64,000 nt of DNA. Origin: a virus. Made by a program: the position numbers and the translations under genes. Location of the stretch: positions 56,519 through 120,518 of the IMG/VR virus record IMGVR_UViG_3300045988_112927; one strand, written 5' to 3'. Shown here in pieces: positions 27,516-35,133 of this stretch (position 1 is the first letter of the stretch; the number at the start of each line of letters is the position of its first letter). The notes under the pieces were generated by a model. That model saw only the letters and a program-made list of their open reading frames with translations, did no database searches and was not told the origin of the DNA.

Positions 27516-27720
27516 TTGACAAATAAAAAAAATTATGATATAATAAATATAGAAAGTGAGGGAAAAAGAAATACCAAAAAATTTCTAAAAAAAATTAAAA
27601 AAAATGGTTGACAAAATAAAAAAAATATGATATAATAAATATGTAAGATAAAGAAAGAACTTAAAAATCTTTCAAAAAATAAAAAAAGTGCTTGACAAAC
27701 AAAGCACAAGATGTTATAAT
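27516..27720 (+). promoter_or_regulatory. three stacked consensus sigma70 promoters (27516, 27608, 27692)
   Basis: Each TTGACA-17-T(G)ATATAAT/TGTTATAAT with A-tract UP elements. Confidence 0.55.
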
Positions 27721-27800
27721 AAGAATGTAAAGAGGAAAACCTCTTACAGATAAAAAAAATAGGGTTGCGACCAAGCGCAATAAAAGAAAGGATTGATACT

Positions 27801-28157
27801 ATGGAAAACAAGAAGATGACTAAGAGAGAAATGTTTGAGCAGATTAAGGCTACCTATCCGCTGACCGCAGAGGAAGTTGCTTTCATTGACCATGAGCTTG
27901 AGCTTTTGGCAAAGAAGAACTCCGCTGACAAGAAGCCTACCAAGGTACAGGTAGAGAATGAAGCTATCAAGGCTGACATTGTTGGTGGTATGGAAGCTGG
28001 TAAGCAGTACACCATTACTGACCTTATCAAGTCTGTTCCTGCTATCGCAGAGTTGAGCAACCAGAGAGTTTCCGCACTGGTTCGCCAGTTGGTAGCTGAT
28101 GGCTCTGTTGTAAGGGTTGAGGAAAAGCGCAAGGCTTACTTCTCCCTTGCGGAGTAG
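27801..28157 (+). CDS. abundant-early-protein paralog A1 (putative winged-helix DNA-binding)
   Basis: 118 aa; ~80% identical to 32046..32399; elevated GC and G/C-ending codons; ATG 27801 after AAAGAAAGGA. Confidence 0.5.
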   Translation: MENKKMTKREMFEQIKATYPLTAEEVAFIDHELELLAKKNSADKKPTKVQVENEAIKADIVGGMEAGKQYTITDLIKSVPAIAELSNQRVSALVRQLVADGSVVRVEEKRKAYFSLAE

Positions 28158-28163
28158 TCACAA

Positions 28164-28200
28164 GGGGGGCGCAAAGCCCCCCACTACCAAAAAAATTTTT
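28164..28200 (+). terminator. intrinsic terminator
   Basis: GGGGGGCGCAAAGCCCCCC hairpin. Confidence 0.4.
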
Positions 28201-28210
28201 TAGAAAAGTG

Positions 28211-28239
28211 TTGACAAGATAACAAAGGTGTGCTATACT
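28211..28239 (+). promoter_or_regulatory. sigma70-type promoter
   Basis: TTGACA-17-TGCTATACT. Confidence 0.5.
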
Positions 28240-28265
28240 TGTAATAGAAAGGGGGCAGAAAGCCT

Positions 28266-28643
28266 ATGACAAAAACAGAAAGAGAAAAGCTGATTGCCAA
28301 GCACATGGCTACTCTTGATATTACAAGAGAAGAAGCAGAACAGTTGATTGCTGATGATGAAGCCATTGATAAGGGCGCAAAGTTGTTTGAACTTGACAAA
28401 GAAGCGGAAAAGGCAAGCAAAAAGGCAAGAGCCATTGGCACAAAGACCACAACCGCAACCGCCAAGAAGCCAAGAGAGAAAAAGGCTGATAATGACAAAG
28501 CGCAGATTATGGAAGAAATCAGAGAAGCAATTTCCAACCTCAATGGAGTGAGTGACATTGATGTCACAAATGCGGAAAGAGAAATGGTGTTCTTCTGTAA
28601 TGGCAGAAAATTCAAGGTGGTACTGTCTGCGCCAAGAACCTAA
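28266..28643 (+). CDS. abundant-early-protein paralog B1 (Lys-rich linker)
   Basis: 125 aa; paralog of 32451..32816. Confidence 0.45.
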   Translation: MTKTEREKLIAKHMATLDITREEAEQLIADDEAIDKGAKLFELDKEAEKASKKARAIGTKTTTATAKKPREKKADNDKAQIMEEIREAISNLNGVSDIDVTNAEREMVFFCNGRKFKVVLSAPRT

Positions 28644-28660
28644 AGAAAGAAAAAGTCAAG

Positions 28661-28694
28661 GGGGCGAATCTACCAAAGATTCGCCCCTTTTATT
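28661..28694 (+). terminator. intrinsic terminator
   Basis: GGGGCGAATC-TACCAAA-GATTCGCCCC then TTTTATT. Confidence 0.55.
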
Positions 28695-28738
28695 GTGCAA
28701 TTTTACTACTTGACATTTTCAGTTCAAAGTGGTAAAAT

Positions 28739-28775
28739 GGCCGCCCGCGCACATACGCGCGGGCCGGAATTTTTG
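28739..28775 (+). terminator. GC-rich hairpin (family member) preceded by its own TTGACA-17-TAAAAT promoter
   Basis: GGCCGCCCGCGCACATACGCGCGGGCCGG then AATTTTT; promoter at ~28711-28739. Confidence 0.4.
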
Positions 28776-28787
28776 TAAATACCCAAC

Positions 28788-28856
28788 TTGCACAAATTTG
28801 CTGGCGAAAATTTGTGCAAAATTACTACTTGTATTTTTCCCGAAAAGTGATATAAT
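28788..28856 (+). promoter_or_regulatory. class-2 operator/promoter copy
   Basis: TTGCACAAATTTG...AATTTGTGCAAA then CTTGTATTTTTCCCGAAAAGTGATATAAT. Confidence 0.5.
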
Positions 28857-28880
28857 AAATAATGTAAGGAGGGCGATACA

Positions 28881-29051
28881 ATGGACGCTTTTAAGAGAGA
28901 AACAGTAGTTGGTTACACTTGTTATGACATTAACGCAAAATGTGTTCACAATAAACACAGACACAAAGACGGGCAAATGATTAAAAGAACCGCAAGAAGA
29001 AAATTCAAAGAAAAGTTAAAAAAAATGCTTGACAACCAAGAGGAAATGTAG
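28881..29051 (+). CDS. small basic protein (56 aa)
   Basis: MDAFKRETVVGYTCYDINAKCVHNKHRHKDGQ... Confidence 0.35.
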   Translation: MDAFKRETVVGYTCYDINAKCVHNKHRHKDGQMIKRTARRKFKEKLKKMLDNQEEM

Positions 29052-29057
29052 TATAAT
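29029..29057 (+). promoter_or_regulatory. sigma70-type promoter overlapping gene end
   Basis: TTGACA-17-TATAAT. Confidence 0.5.
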
Positions 29058-29090
29058 AAAATCAACAAAAGGAAAGGTTAGGTAATAAAA

Positions 29091-29570
29091 ATGGATTGGA
29101 ATTTATTAGTAGTATTTATCATCTTAAACATTGTAAATGTAGTAATGCAGACAGTAAAGAGTATCGCAACAGTAAAGTGCGGTAAGGGTATAGCCGCCCT
29201 TGTAAATGCGGTAACATTCGCACTCTACACAGTAGTAACAGTTTATATGCTTTGTGAACTTCCTCTACTTTGGAAAGCAGTCATTGTTGGCTTGTGTAAC
29301 CTTGTTGGTGTGTATGTTGTAAAGTTAGTTGAGGAAAAAGCACGCAAAGACAAACTTTGGAAAGTTGAAATGACAGTGCGTGACTATCAGACACAGAAAC
29401 TTGCAAATGCCCTTGATGATTTGAGTATCCCTTATAACTACATAGAAAATGTAGGCAAGTATTCAATCTTCAATATCTATTGTGCAACACAGAAACAGAG
29501 TGCCACAGTAAAAGGCATTGGTGCAGAGTGTAAAGCAAAATACTTTGTAACAGAAACAAAAACTTTATAA
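29091..29570 (+). CDS. membrane protein
   Basis: 159 aa, 3-4 predicted TM helices at N-terminus. Confidence 0.45.
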   Translation: MDWNLLVVFIILNIVNVVMQTVKSIATVKCGKGIAALVNAVTFALYTVVTVYMLCELPLLWKAVIVGLCNLVGVYVVKLVEEKARKDKLWKVEMTVRDYQTQKLANALDDLSIPYNYIENVGKYSIFNIYCATQKQSATVKGIGAECKAKYFVTETKTL

Positions 29571-29577
29571 AAGGGGG

Positions 29578-29606
29578 TTGACAACCCCCACCCCCTATGC
29601 TATAAT
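29578..29606 (+). promoter_or_regulatory. promoter with -35 in hairpin GGGGGTTGACAACCCCC
   Basis: TTGACA-17-TGCTATAAT. Confidence 0.45.
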
Positions 29607-29631
29607 AAGTATAGAAAGAGAGGTAATGACA

Positions 29632-29883
29632 ATGGCAACATTAAAGATTTATAAATGCTATGATGAAAATGGGAAAGAGGACTTAACCCTTGAGGTTTGG
29701 AACTCAAGTACCAAATACCCAGACGCAAAGTTCTACTTTTCAGATTTCAATTTGAGTGAGTGGGTAGACCAGGAGCACCAAGTTTTTCAGTGGTTGCTTG
29801 AATGTGCAAGCAAAATGAGATTTCCAAGCACCGCAAAACAGATTGCGGAATTGGCTTTCAAAGACTATGTAACATGGGAGTAA
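29632..29883 (+). CDS. hypothetical protein
   Basis: Start at ATG 29632 (MATLKIY) 8 nt after AGAGAGG; track start lies in promoter. Confidence 0.4.
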   Translation: MATLKIYKCYDENGKEDLTLEVWNSSTKYPDAKFYFSDFNLSEWVDQEHQVFQWLLECASKMRFPSTAKQIAELAFKDYVTWE

Positions 29884-29888
29884 AAAAT

Positions 29889-29951
29889 GGGCTAGGGAAA
29901 CCTAGCCCTTTCCTTTTGTCTTGGGCTGGCCGCGCTCGGTCACCGCGGCCA
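29889..29951 (+). terminator. tandem terminators (GGGCTAGGG-AAA-CCTAGCCC; GC-rich family hairpin CTGGCCGCG..CGCGGCCAG)
   Basis: Two hairpins with T-rich tails. Confidence 0.45.
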
Positions 29952-30008
29952 GAATTTACCATTATACCACCGGCCGCACTTTTTGTCAAGAAAAACGTGC
30001 GAAAAAAA

Positions 30009-30080
30009 TTGCACAAACTTTTTCCCGAAATTTTGTGCAATTTGTCTATTGTAATTTGCGGCGGGCGGTGGTATACTAAT
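30009..30080 (+). promoter_or_regulatory. class-2 operator/promoter copy
   Basis: TTGCACAAACTTTTTCCCGAAATTTTGTGCAA then CTATTGTAATTTGCGGCGGGCGGTGGTATACT. Confidence 0.5.
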
Positions 30081-30139
30081 TATAGTTGATGAGGGAGAGA
30101 GAAAACCTCATAAAAAAATAAAAAAAGTTGAAAAAACTG

Positions 30140-30168
30140 TTGACAAGTGGCAGACAGTATGCTATAAT
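30140..30168 (+). promoter_or_regulatory. sigma70-type promoter
   Basis: TTGACA-17-TGCTATAAT. Confidence 0.55.
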
Positions 30169-30199
30169 AAAAACAGTTAAAGGAAAGGAACTGAAAGAA

Positions 30200-30931
30200 A
30201 TGAGTAGAAGAAAAGAAATGTTTTTAGTAATTGACACAGAAACTTGCAACACTATTGAGCAACCACTTCCTTATGATATTGGTTATGCAATTTGTGACAG
30301 AAAAGGCAACATTGTTTTGGAAAGAAGTTTTGTTGTTGCTGAAATGTTTTTAGACCACAAAGATGTTATGAAAAGTGCTTATTTTGCTAAAAAAATTCCT
30401 CACTACTGGGATGATTTGAAAAAAGGCACAAGAGAGTTAAAGTCCATTTTCAACATTAGAAAACAGATTTTAGCTGATATGAAACAGTATAAAGTTAAAA
30501 AAGTTGGTGCTTATAATATGGGTTTTGACAAGAGAGCATTAAATAATGTGATTAGATACTGTTCACATTCTTTCATCAGATGGTTTTTCCCTTTTGGTAC
30601 AGAGTTTTTCTGTATTTGGAATATGGCTTGCCAAACACTTTTGAACACTACAACCTATGTAAAATTTGCCCTTGCTAATGGGTTAGAAAGTGACAAGGGA
30701 AACATTCTAACAAGTGCAGAAAGTTGTTACAGATTTCTGACAAATTCAGTTGATTTTGAAGAAAGTCACACAGGTTTGGAAGATGTTAGAATTGAAGTTG
30801 AAATTATGGCAAAATGTTTTGCAACTCATAAAAAAATGAATAAAAGAGTAAATTCTTCTTGTTGGAGATTGCCACAGAGAAAAAGAAAGGAGTTAGACTT
30901 GCGTGAAACATTCCGCACCGCCACAGTATAG
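30200..30931 (+). CDS. DnaQ-like DEDDh 3'-5' exonuclease
   Basis: LVIDTETCN (Exo I), YNMGFDKRAL (Exo II), HTGLEDV (Exo III); start ATG 30200. Confidence 0.6.
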   Translation: MSRRKEMFLVIDTETCNTIEQPLPYDIGYAICDRKGNIVLERSFVVAEMFLDHKDVMKSAYFAKKIPHYWDDLKKGTRELKSIFNIRKQILADMKQYKVKKVGAYNMGFDKRALNNVIRYCSHSFIRWFFPFGTEFFCIWNMACQTLLNTTTYVKFALANGLESDKGNILTSAESCYRFLTNSVDFEESHTGLEDVRIEVEIMAKCFATHKKMNKRVNSSCWRLPQRKRKELDLRETFRTATV

Positions 30932-30975
30932 GCGGAGCGGAAAACCGCACGAACAAAAAATTTTTTCAAAAAAGC

Positions 30976-31005
30976 GTTGACAAATAATTCCAAGAGTGAT
31001 ACAAT
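30976..31005 (+). promoter_or_regulatory. sigma70-type promoter
   Basis: TTGACA-18-TACAAT. Confidence 0.45.
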
Positions 31006-31036
31006 AATTATAGAAAGAGAAAAGGAAGTGATATAA

Positions 31037-31225
31037 ATGGAAGATTACAGTTGTCCTAAATGCGGGAGTGAGGACATTTACACCTTTGATGATAAGGACT
31101 GTGAAATCAACTTTGAAGATGAAACATTTTATGTGAGAAGTGCAATGAGTTGTAATTGTTGCGGGCATGATTTTATAATGGTAGCAAGTGGAAGATTAAC
31201 AGATATTAAGTTTGAAAGGAGATAA
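31037..31225 (+). CDS. zinc-ribbon small protein
   Basis: CPKCGSED...CNCCGHDF. Confidence 0.4.
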   Translation: MEDYSCPKCGSEDIYTFDDKDCEINFEDETFYVRSAMSCNCCGHDFIMVASGRLTDIKFERR

Positions 31226-31228
31226 AAA

Positions 31229-31549
31229 ATGTTTCAGTTTGGCGAAAAAGTGATTATTAAAGACCCCACCTTAAAAAGCCACAATAGAAAAGGGTTGTAT
31301 GTTGGCGAGAGTAAGACCAAGAGCGGACAAGTAAAAGTTTATCTTGAAGAACCTATCAAGAGCGGAAAAAATACCATTGCTTGTGTCACTATTGGGGCGG
31401 ATAAGGTTTTCAACTATGTAGAAGATGAAAAAGAAGCAATGCAGGCTCGCCTTGATTTCCTTTACCGCAGAGCGGATGAACTGGAAACAGAGTTAGTTGA
31501 CGCAAGAGAAGAAATTTTTCAGATTGAGAAAAAGTTAATGGGCAGATAA
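31229..31549 (+). CDS. hypothetical protein
   Basis: ORF track 106 aa. Confidence 0.4.
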   Translation: MFQFGEKVIIKDPTLKSHNRKGLYVGESKTKSGQVKVYLEEPIKSGKNTIACVTIGADKVFNYVEDEKEAMQARLDFLYRRADELETELVDAREEIFQIEKKLMGR

Positions 31550-31600
31550 GTCTGCCCATTATTTGCGCCCAGCGCGCCGCGCACGTACGATGCGCGGCGA
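31541..31600 (+). terminator. tandem terminators (GGGCAGA-TAAGT-CTGCCC; GC-rich family hairpin)
   Basis: Hairpins followed by T-runs. Confidence 0.45.
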
Positions 31601-31659
31601 ATTTTCCATTATACCACCCCGCCGAGATTTTGTCAAGCAAAAGTTGACCGGCAATTTGC

Positions 31660-31736
31660 ACAAAATTTTTCCCAAAATCTTGTGCAGTTTGACAGTTGTA
31701 TTTTTGGGGGAAATGGGTTATAATAAATAATGTCAA
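31660..31736 (+). promoter_or_regulatory. class-2 operator/promoter copy
   Basis: TTGCACAAAATTTTTCCCAAAATCTTGTGCAG then GTTGTATTTTTGGGGGAAATGGGTTATAAT. Confidence 0.5.
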
Positions 31737-31793
31737 AGGGAGATAGGCAATCAGCCTTAAAGAAAAAAAGTTTTAAAAAATTCAAATTCCCTA

Positions 31794-31997
31794 TTGACAA
31801 ATAAAAAAAGTTATGATATAATAAATATGTAAAGAAAAGGAAAGAGTCTTAAATGACAAGTAGGTAAAAGCCTCTGGTTGGAAAATCCTTGCAAGGTAAC
31901 ACAAGCGAAACCCTATTGCAGACAATTTCAGAAGTTTGAAAATCTTCAAAAAAAATTCAAAAAACCTATTGACAACTGAATAAAGATATGTTATAAT
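31794..31997 (+). promoter_or_regulatory. stacked consensus sigma70 promoters (31794 and 31969) upstream of paralog A2
   Basis: TTGACA-17-TGATATAAT and TTGACA-17-TGTTATAAT. Confidence 0.5.
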
Positions 31998-32045
31998 AAC
32001 AATGTAAACAAAAACAAATCACATTTGAAAGGATTGGTACAGATT

Positions 32046-32399
32046 ATGGAAAAGAAAATGACTAAGAGAGAAATGTTTGAACAGATTAAGAGAAACTATG
32101 ACTTAACCCAGGCTGAGGTTGACTTCATTGACCATGAGTTAGAGTTGCTTGCAAAGAAAAATTCTGCTGATAAGAAACCTACTAAGGTTCAGGTGGAAAA
32201 TGAGGGTATTAAGGCTGAAATCCTTGAGGGTATGGAAGTAGGTAAGGCTTACACCATTACTGATTTGATTAAGGAAGTGCCTGCTATTGCTGAATTAAGC
32301 AATCAGAGAGTGTCTGCCCTTGTTAGACAGTTAGTTGCTGATGGTTCAGTAACAAGAACAGAGGAAAAGAGAAAGGCATACTTCACAAAAGTAGCCTAA
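32046..32399 (+). CDS. abundant-early-protein paralog A2
   Basis: MEKKMTKREMFEQIK... ~80% identical to 27801..28157. Confidence 0.5.
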   Translation: MEKKMTKREMFEQIKRNYDLTQAEVDFIDHELELLAKKNSADKKPTKVQVENEGIKAEILEGMEVGKAYTITDLIKEVPAIAELSNQRVSALVRQLVADGSVTRTEEKRKAYFTKVA

Positions 32400-32450
32400 T
32401 CTTGATTGGGTGGGGGAAACCCCACCCCCCACAAAAGGGGGTAGGTAGAA

Positions 32451-32816
32451 TTGACAGATAAAATCAAAAATTTAATGGAAAAGTTAGATATTACAGAGGA
32501 AGAAGCTCTTCAGTTGGTGGAAGATGATAAAGCCATAGATAGGGGCGAAAAACTCTTTGAATTGTCTGATGAACAGAAGAAAAACGCGAAAAAGGCTACA
32601 AATTTGGGAGAAAAGACCAAAAAAACCACTAAAAAAGCCCCAAATCGCAAGAAAAATGACACAAAAGCCACAATTATCAGTGAATTGTCTGAATTTTTGG
32701 CTCAAAATGAGCAAATTGTAGCTGAAAATGTGGAAATTGTCAACGCAGAACGCCAAATTTCCTTCAAAATTGGCGAAAATTCATACAGTTTGACGCTTAC
32801 TCAACACAGGAAGTAG
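32451..32816 (+). CDS. abundant-early-protein paralog B2 (probable TTG start)
   Basis: Aligns with 28266..28643 from N-terminus only if TTG 32451 used; alternative ATG 32475. Confidence 0.4.
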   Translation: MTDKIKNLMEKLDITEEEALQLVEDDKAIDRGEKLFELSDEQKKNAKKATNLGEKTKKTTKKAPNRKKNDTKATIISELSEFLAQNEQIVAENVEIVNAERQISFKIGENSYSLTLTQHRK

Positions 32817-32819
32817 GCA

Positions 32820-32850
32820 AACCGCCCAAAAAGGGCGGTATTTTTTTGTT
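32820..32850 (+). terminator. intrinsic terminator
   Basis: ACCGCCC-AAAAA-GGGCGGT then ATTTTTTTG. Confidence 0.55.
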
Positions 32851-32861
32851 CATTTTTACTA

Positions 32862-32920
32862 TTGACACCCAGCCGCAAATGTGGTATAATTGGCGGCCCG
32901 TTTTCGCTTGCGCTGGGCCG
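32862..32920 (+). promoter_or_regulatory. promoter TTGACA-17-TGGTATAAT reading directly into a GC-rich family hairpin
   Basis: Hairpin CGGCCCGTTTTCGCTTGCGCTGGGCCG immediately downstream of -10. Confidence 0.4.
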
Positions 32921-32941
32921 AACTTCCGTTCTGTATAATTA

Positions 32942-33009
32942 GCACAAAAAATCTCGGCAAAACTTGTGCAAAATTACCTATTGACTATTTTCCCAAAATG
33001 GTGTATACT
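32942..33009 (+). promoter_or_regulatory. class-2 operator/promoter copy
   Basis: GCACAAAAAATCTCGGCAAAACTTGTGCAAA then CCTATTGACTATTTTCCCAAAATGGTGTATACT. Confidence 0.5.
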
Positions 33010-33039
33010 TTAATTACAGTAAAGGAAAGGAATGAGATT

Positions 33040-33261
33040 ATGTTAGAAAAGGTAAAAGATTTCTATGAAAGAGAATACATCAGCACTGAAAGATACTTAA
33101 AAGGTAAATGGTGCGGTGACAAAAGAATGGTTGTAGAAAAAACTATCTCTTACTTTTTAGGCATTGCACAGTTTGTACAGACTATTGGTGTCAAGTATGA
33201 GGACATTGATGTTCTTTACAACATTTACAAAAAAAAGTTACAGAAACTACTTGACAACTAA
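33040..33261 (+). CDS. small hypothetical protein (73 aa)
   Basis: ATG 33040 (MLEKVKDFYEREY); track start 32890 spans regulatory region. Confidence 0.4.
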   Translation: MLEKVKDFYEREYISTERYLKGKWCGDKRMVVEKTISYFLGIAQFVQTIGVKYEDIDVLYNIYKKKLQKLLDN

Positions 33262-33279
33262 ATAAAAAAATGATATAAT
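33251..33279 (+). promoter_or_regulatory. sigma70-type promoter overlapping gene end
   Basis: TTGACA-17-TGATATAAT. Confidence 0.5.
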
Positions 33280-33313
33280 AAATATAACAAAAGGAAAGGA
33301 ATGGTAAAAAATT

Positions 33314-33586
33314 ATGATGAAAATGAGTGAGTTAGCAAATTTGTTAGTAAACGCAATCGCAGAGGTAGGCGATAGAGAGATTGGCTTTGTGGAAGAGGGA
33401 ACTGGCGAGGTTCGCTACTTGGTTGGTCTGTCAATCAGTCAGAGTGATGCAATGCTTGAGCATGTTTCCTATGGAGAAATGCAGATGATTAAACAGTTGG
33501 ATAGGCTGGGTGTTATGATGGATGAAGCTGGAGATGTTTCTCTGCCTGACCTTTTCAATCTTATGGGGGATTTGCTTGATGAATAA
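33314..33586 (+). CDS. hypothetical protein
   Basis: ORF track 90 aa. Confidence 0.4.
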   Translation: MMKMSELANLLVNAIAEVGDREIGFVEEGTGEVRYLVGLSISQSDAMLEHVSYGEMQMIKQLDRLGVMMDEAGDVSLPDLFNLMGDLLDE

Positions 33587-33794
33587 TGAAGATTTGGTTT
33601 TAAGAATGAACATTCTTGGGGGCATGAACTCTTTTGTTCTTGCCCTTGGGGATGAAAATATTTTAGAGGGTTGGATTGTTTATGGTGTTCAAGATGAAGC
33701 CACAGAGGATGATTTGAGAGCCATTGCGGAAGATGATGATTGCTTTGCAGATGTCTGTGAGTATTTCGCAAAAATTTGTAGAAAGAGAGGATAA
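33579..33794 (+). CDS. hypothetical acidic protein (71 aa)
   Basis: ATG 33579 overlapping upstream stop (ATGAATAATG). Confidence 0.35.
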   Translation: MNNEDLVLRMNILGGMNSFVLALGDENILEGWIVYGVQDEATEDDLRAIAEDDDCFADVCEYFAKICRKRG

Positions 33795-33799
33795 AAAAA

Positions 33800-34066
33800 T
33801 TGTTTTATTACATAATAGCTTGTGTGGTAATGGTTGCACTTGTATACATTAAAGTGTATGCGGAAATGGTGGAATTTAAGAAGATTTTCCCCAATTTAAG
33901 GTTCAAAAAGCAAGGTGTAGCAAAAATTTTTATAGACACTGTAAAGGTGCTTGTACTCTTTGCAATTCCAATAATTAATTTGATACTTTTCATTGCTTTG
34001 TTTTTTGTCCTTGATGAAAATGAATACAGAAAAGCAATAATGAAGAATTGTGAAAGCCTCCTCTAA
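33800..34066 (+). CDS. small two-TM membrane protein
   Basis: 88 aa, two hydrophobic helices. Confidence 0.4.
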   Translation: MFYYIIACVVMVALVYIKVYAEMVEFKKIFPNLRFKKQGVAKIFIDTVKVLVLFAIPIINLILFIALFFVLDENEYRKAIMKNCESLL

Positions 34067-34078
34067 TGGGGGCTTTTT
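34050..34078 (+). terminator. intrinsic terminator
   Basis: AGCCTCC-TCTAAT-GGGGGCT then TTTTCC. Confidence 0.4.
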
Positions 34079-34079
34079 C

Positions 34080-34460
34080 CATGCCCATTTTCGCCGGCCG
34101 ACAATGGTCGATTATGCCGGAATTTTACAAAAAAGTCAACTATGCAATTTTCACAAACAAAATACCGCCCTTTTGTGCAATCTGCACAATTCCTGAAAAC
34201 CCCTTTGCGCCCCGGGCGGTCCTGGACCCCATATGCGATTTAATGCTATTGCCGGCCGCAGGCGACTGGCCAGGCCGGGATTCGCCGATCGGTCCCCATA
34301 TGGAAAATTTTTTTGTTGAAAGCATATGTCCCTTCAGGCCATATGCTTTCCCGGAATTGTACTGACCCCCTATCACTTTTAAATGCTCAGTGCATATGCG
34401 ATTGCCTCTCCAGTAAACAAAAATTAGAAGTCGCGAATGCGACTTCATATGCAAACAGTA
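34080..34460. other. GC-rich non-coding island dense in palindromes (6x CATATG, CCGATCGG, GCCGGCCG, CCCGGG) with a head-to-head TTTGTGCAA/TGCACAA site
   Basis: Seen directly; composition contrasts with flanking AT-rich DNA. Confidence 0.4.
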
Positions 34461-34461
34461 C

Positions 34462-34557
34462 TTGACAAATTCACTTAAAATATGGTATAATTACAAAAAA
34501 AGCTATTCTTACCGATCGGGAAACCGGGGACCGCAAATTTGATTTTATAAAAAAAAT
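34462..34557 (+). promoter_or_regulatory. two stacked promoters (TTGACA-18-TATAAT at 34462; class-3 TTGATT...TGATATAAT at 34529)
   Basis: Hexamers seen; CCGATCGG palindrome between them. Confidence 0.5.
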
Positions 34558-34605
34558 ATGATATAATATATACATAAGATAAGAAAAGAAAGAGAGGACA
34601 TAGCT

Positions 34606-35058
34606 ATGTATAACTACGATGACATTCTTGCCAGATTGCGCAATGGTGAAGATGCCGAGGTTATTGCCCAGGAGATGGTAGATACTCTGAATAAGGCTAA
34701 CCGCGATTTTACTGATGAAAAGGAGAAGGCTGATAACCAGAAGCAGAAGAAAGTTGACGCCGCAAAGGCTATCTTGGATAGCATGATTGCTTATGTGCGC
34801 GAGTTCCACCCTGAGAATCCTTTGAACGAGGTTCTCGCACAGGCTAACACCGAGAACATGGAGGATTTAGCAAACGCCGTTGATGCAGCAGTTGAGGAGT
34901 TCGGTATACTTACAGCTATTGCTAAGTCTATTGGACCTGACCTTGAGAAGCTGATTAATGTCCGCGAGATTGCGAGACCAAGAGCCGGAGCGATTAGACT
35001 TGCTGCCGGGAATACAAATCCTATTGATGCATTTCTGAAAGCCAACGGATTAGCCTAA
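34606..35058 (+). CDS. hypothetical protein, GC-rich codon usage (highly expressed class)
   Basis: 150 aa; GAG/AAG/GCC/CTG codon bias shared with 27801, 32046 and 46141 genes. Confidence 0.45.
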   Translation: MYNYDDILARLRNGEDAEVIAQEMVDTLNKANRDFTDEKEKADNQKQKKVDAAKAILDSMIAYVREFHPENPLNEVLAQANTENMEDLANAVDAAVEEFGILTAIAKSIGPDLEKLINVREIARPRAGAIRLAAGNTNPIDAFLKANGLA

Positions 35059-35133
35059 GATGAAAAGATGTTCAGGCGTACAAAAATTTGTTCTGTAGAG
35101 CTAATTACAATTAGCCCAAGAGCCAAAGAAAAA

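Noticed and set aside
28711-28739. Stand-alone promoter TTGACATTTTCAGTTCAAAGTGGTAAAAT with no downstream gene
   Set aside because: It is not a gene promoter in the usual sense. I folded it into the observation that some GC hairpins are transcribed leaders.
34066-34365. ORF-track 99-aa ORF in the GC-rich palindrome island
   Set aside because: Its ATG sits inside the terminator hairpin of the upstream gene, it has no RBS, and its reading frame is dominated by palindromic sites. I interpret the region as non-coding regulatory/structural DNA, though coding cannot be fully excluded.
18330-34454. Numerous minus-strand ORFs in the plus-strand early region (e.g. 18330..18710, 23388..24087, 24593..24901, 25272..25717, 26990..27407, 28184..28615, 32484..32756, 34140..34454)
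   Set aside because: They are antisense to well-supported plus-strand genes and their promoters, they lack RBSs, and they have skewed Ser/Leu/Phe-rich translations typical of shadow ORFs.
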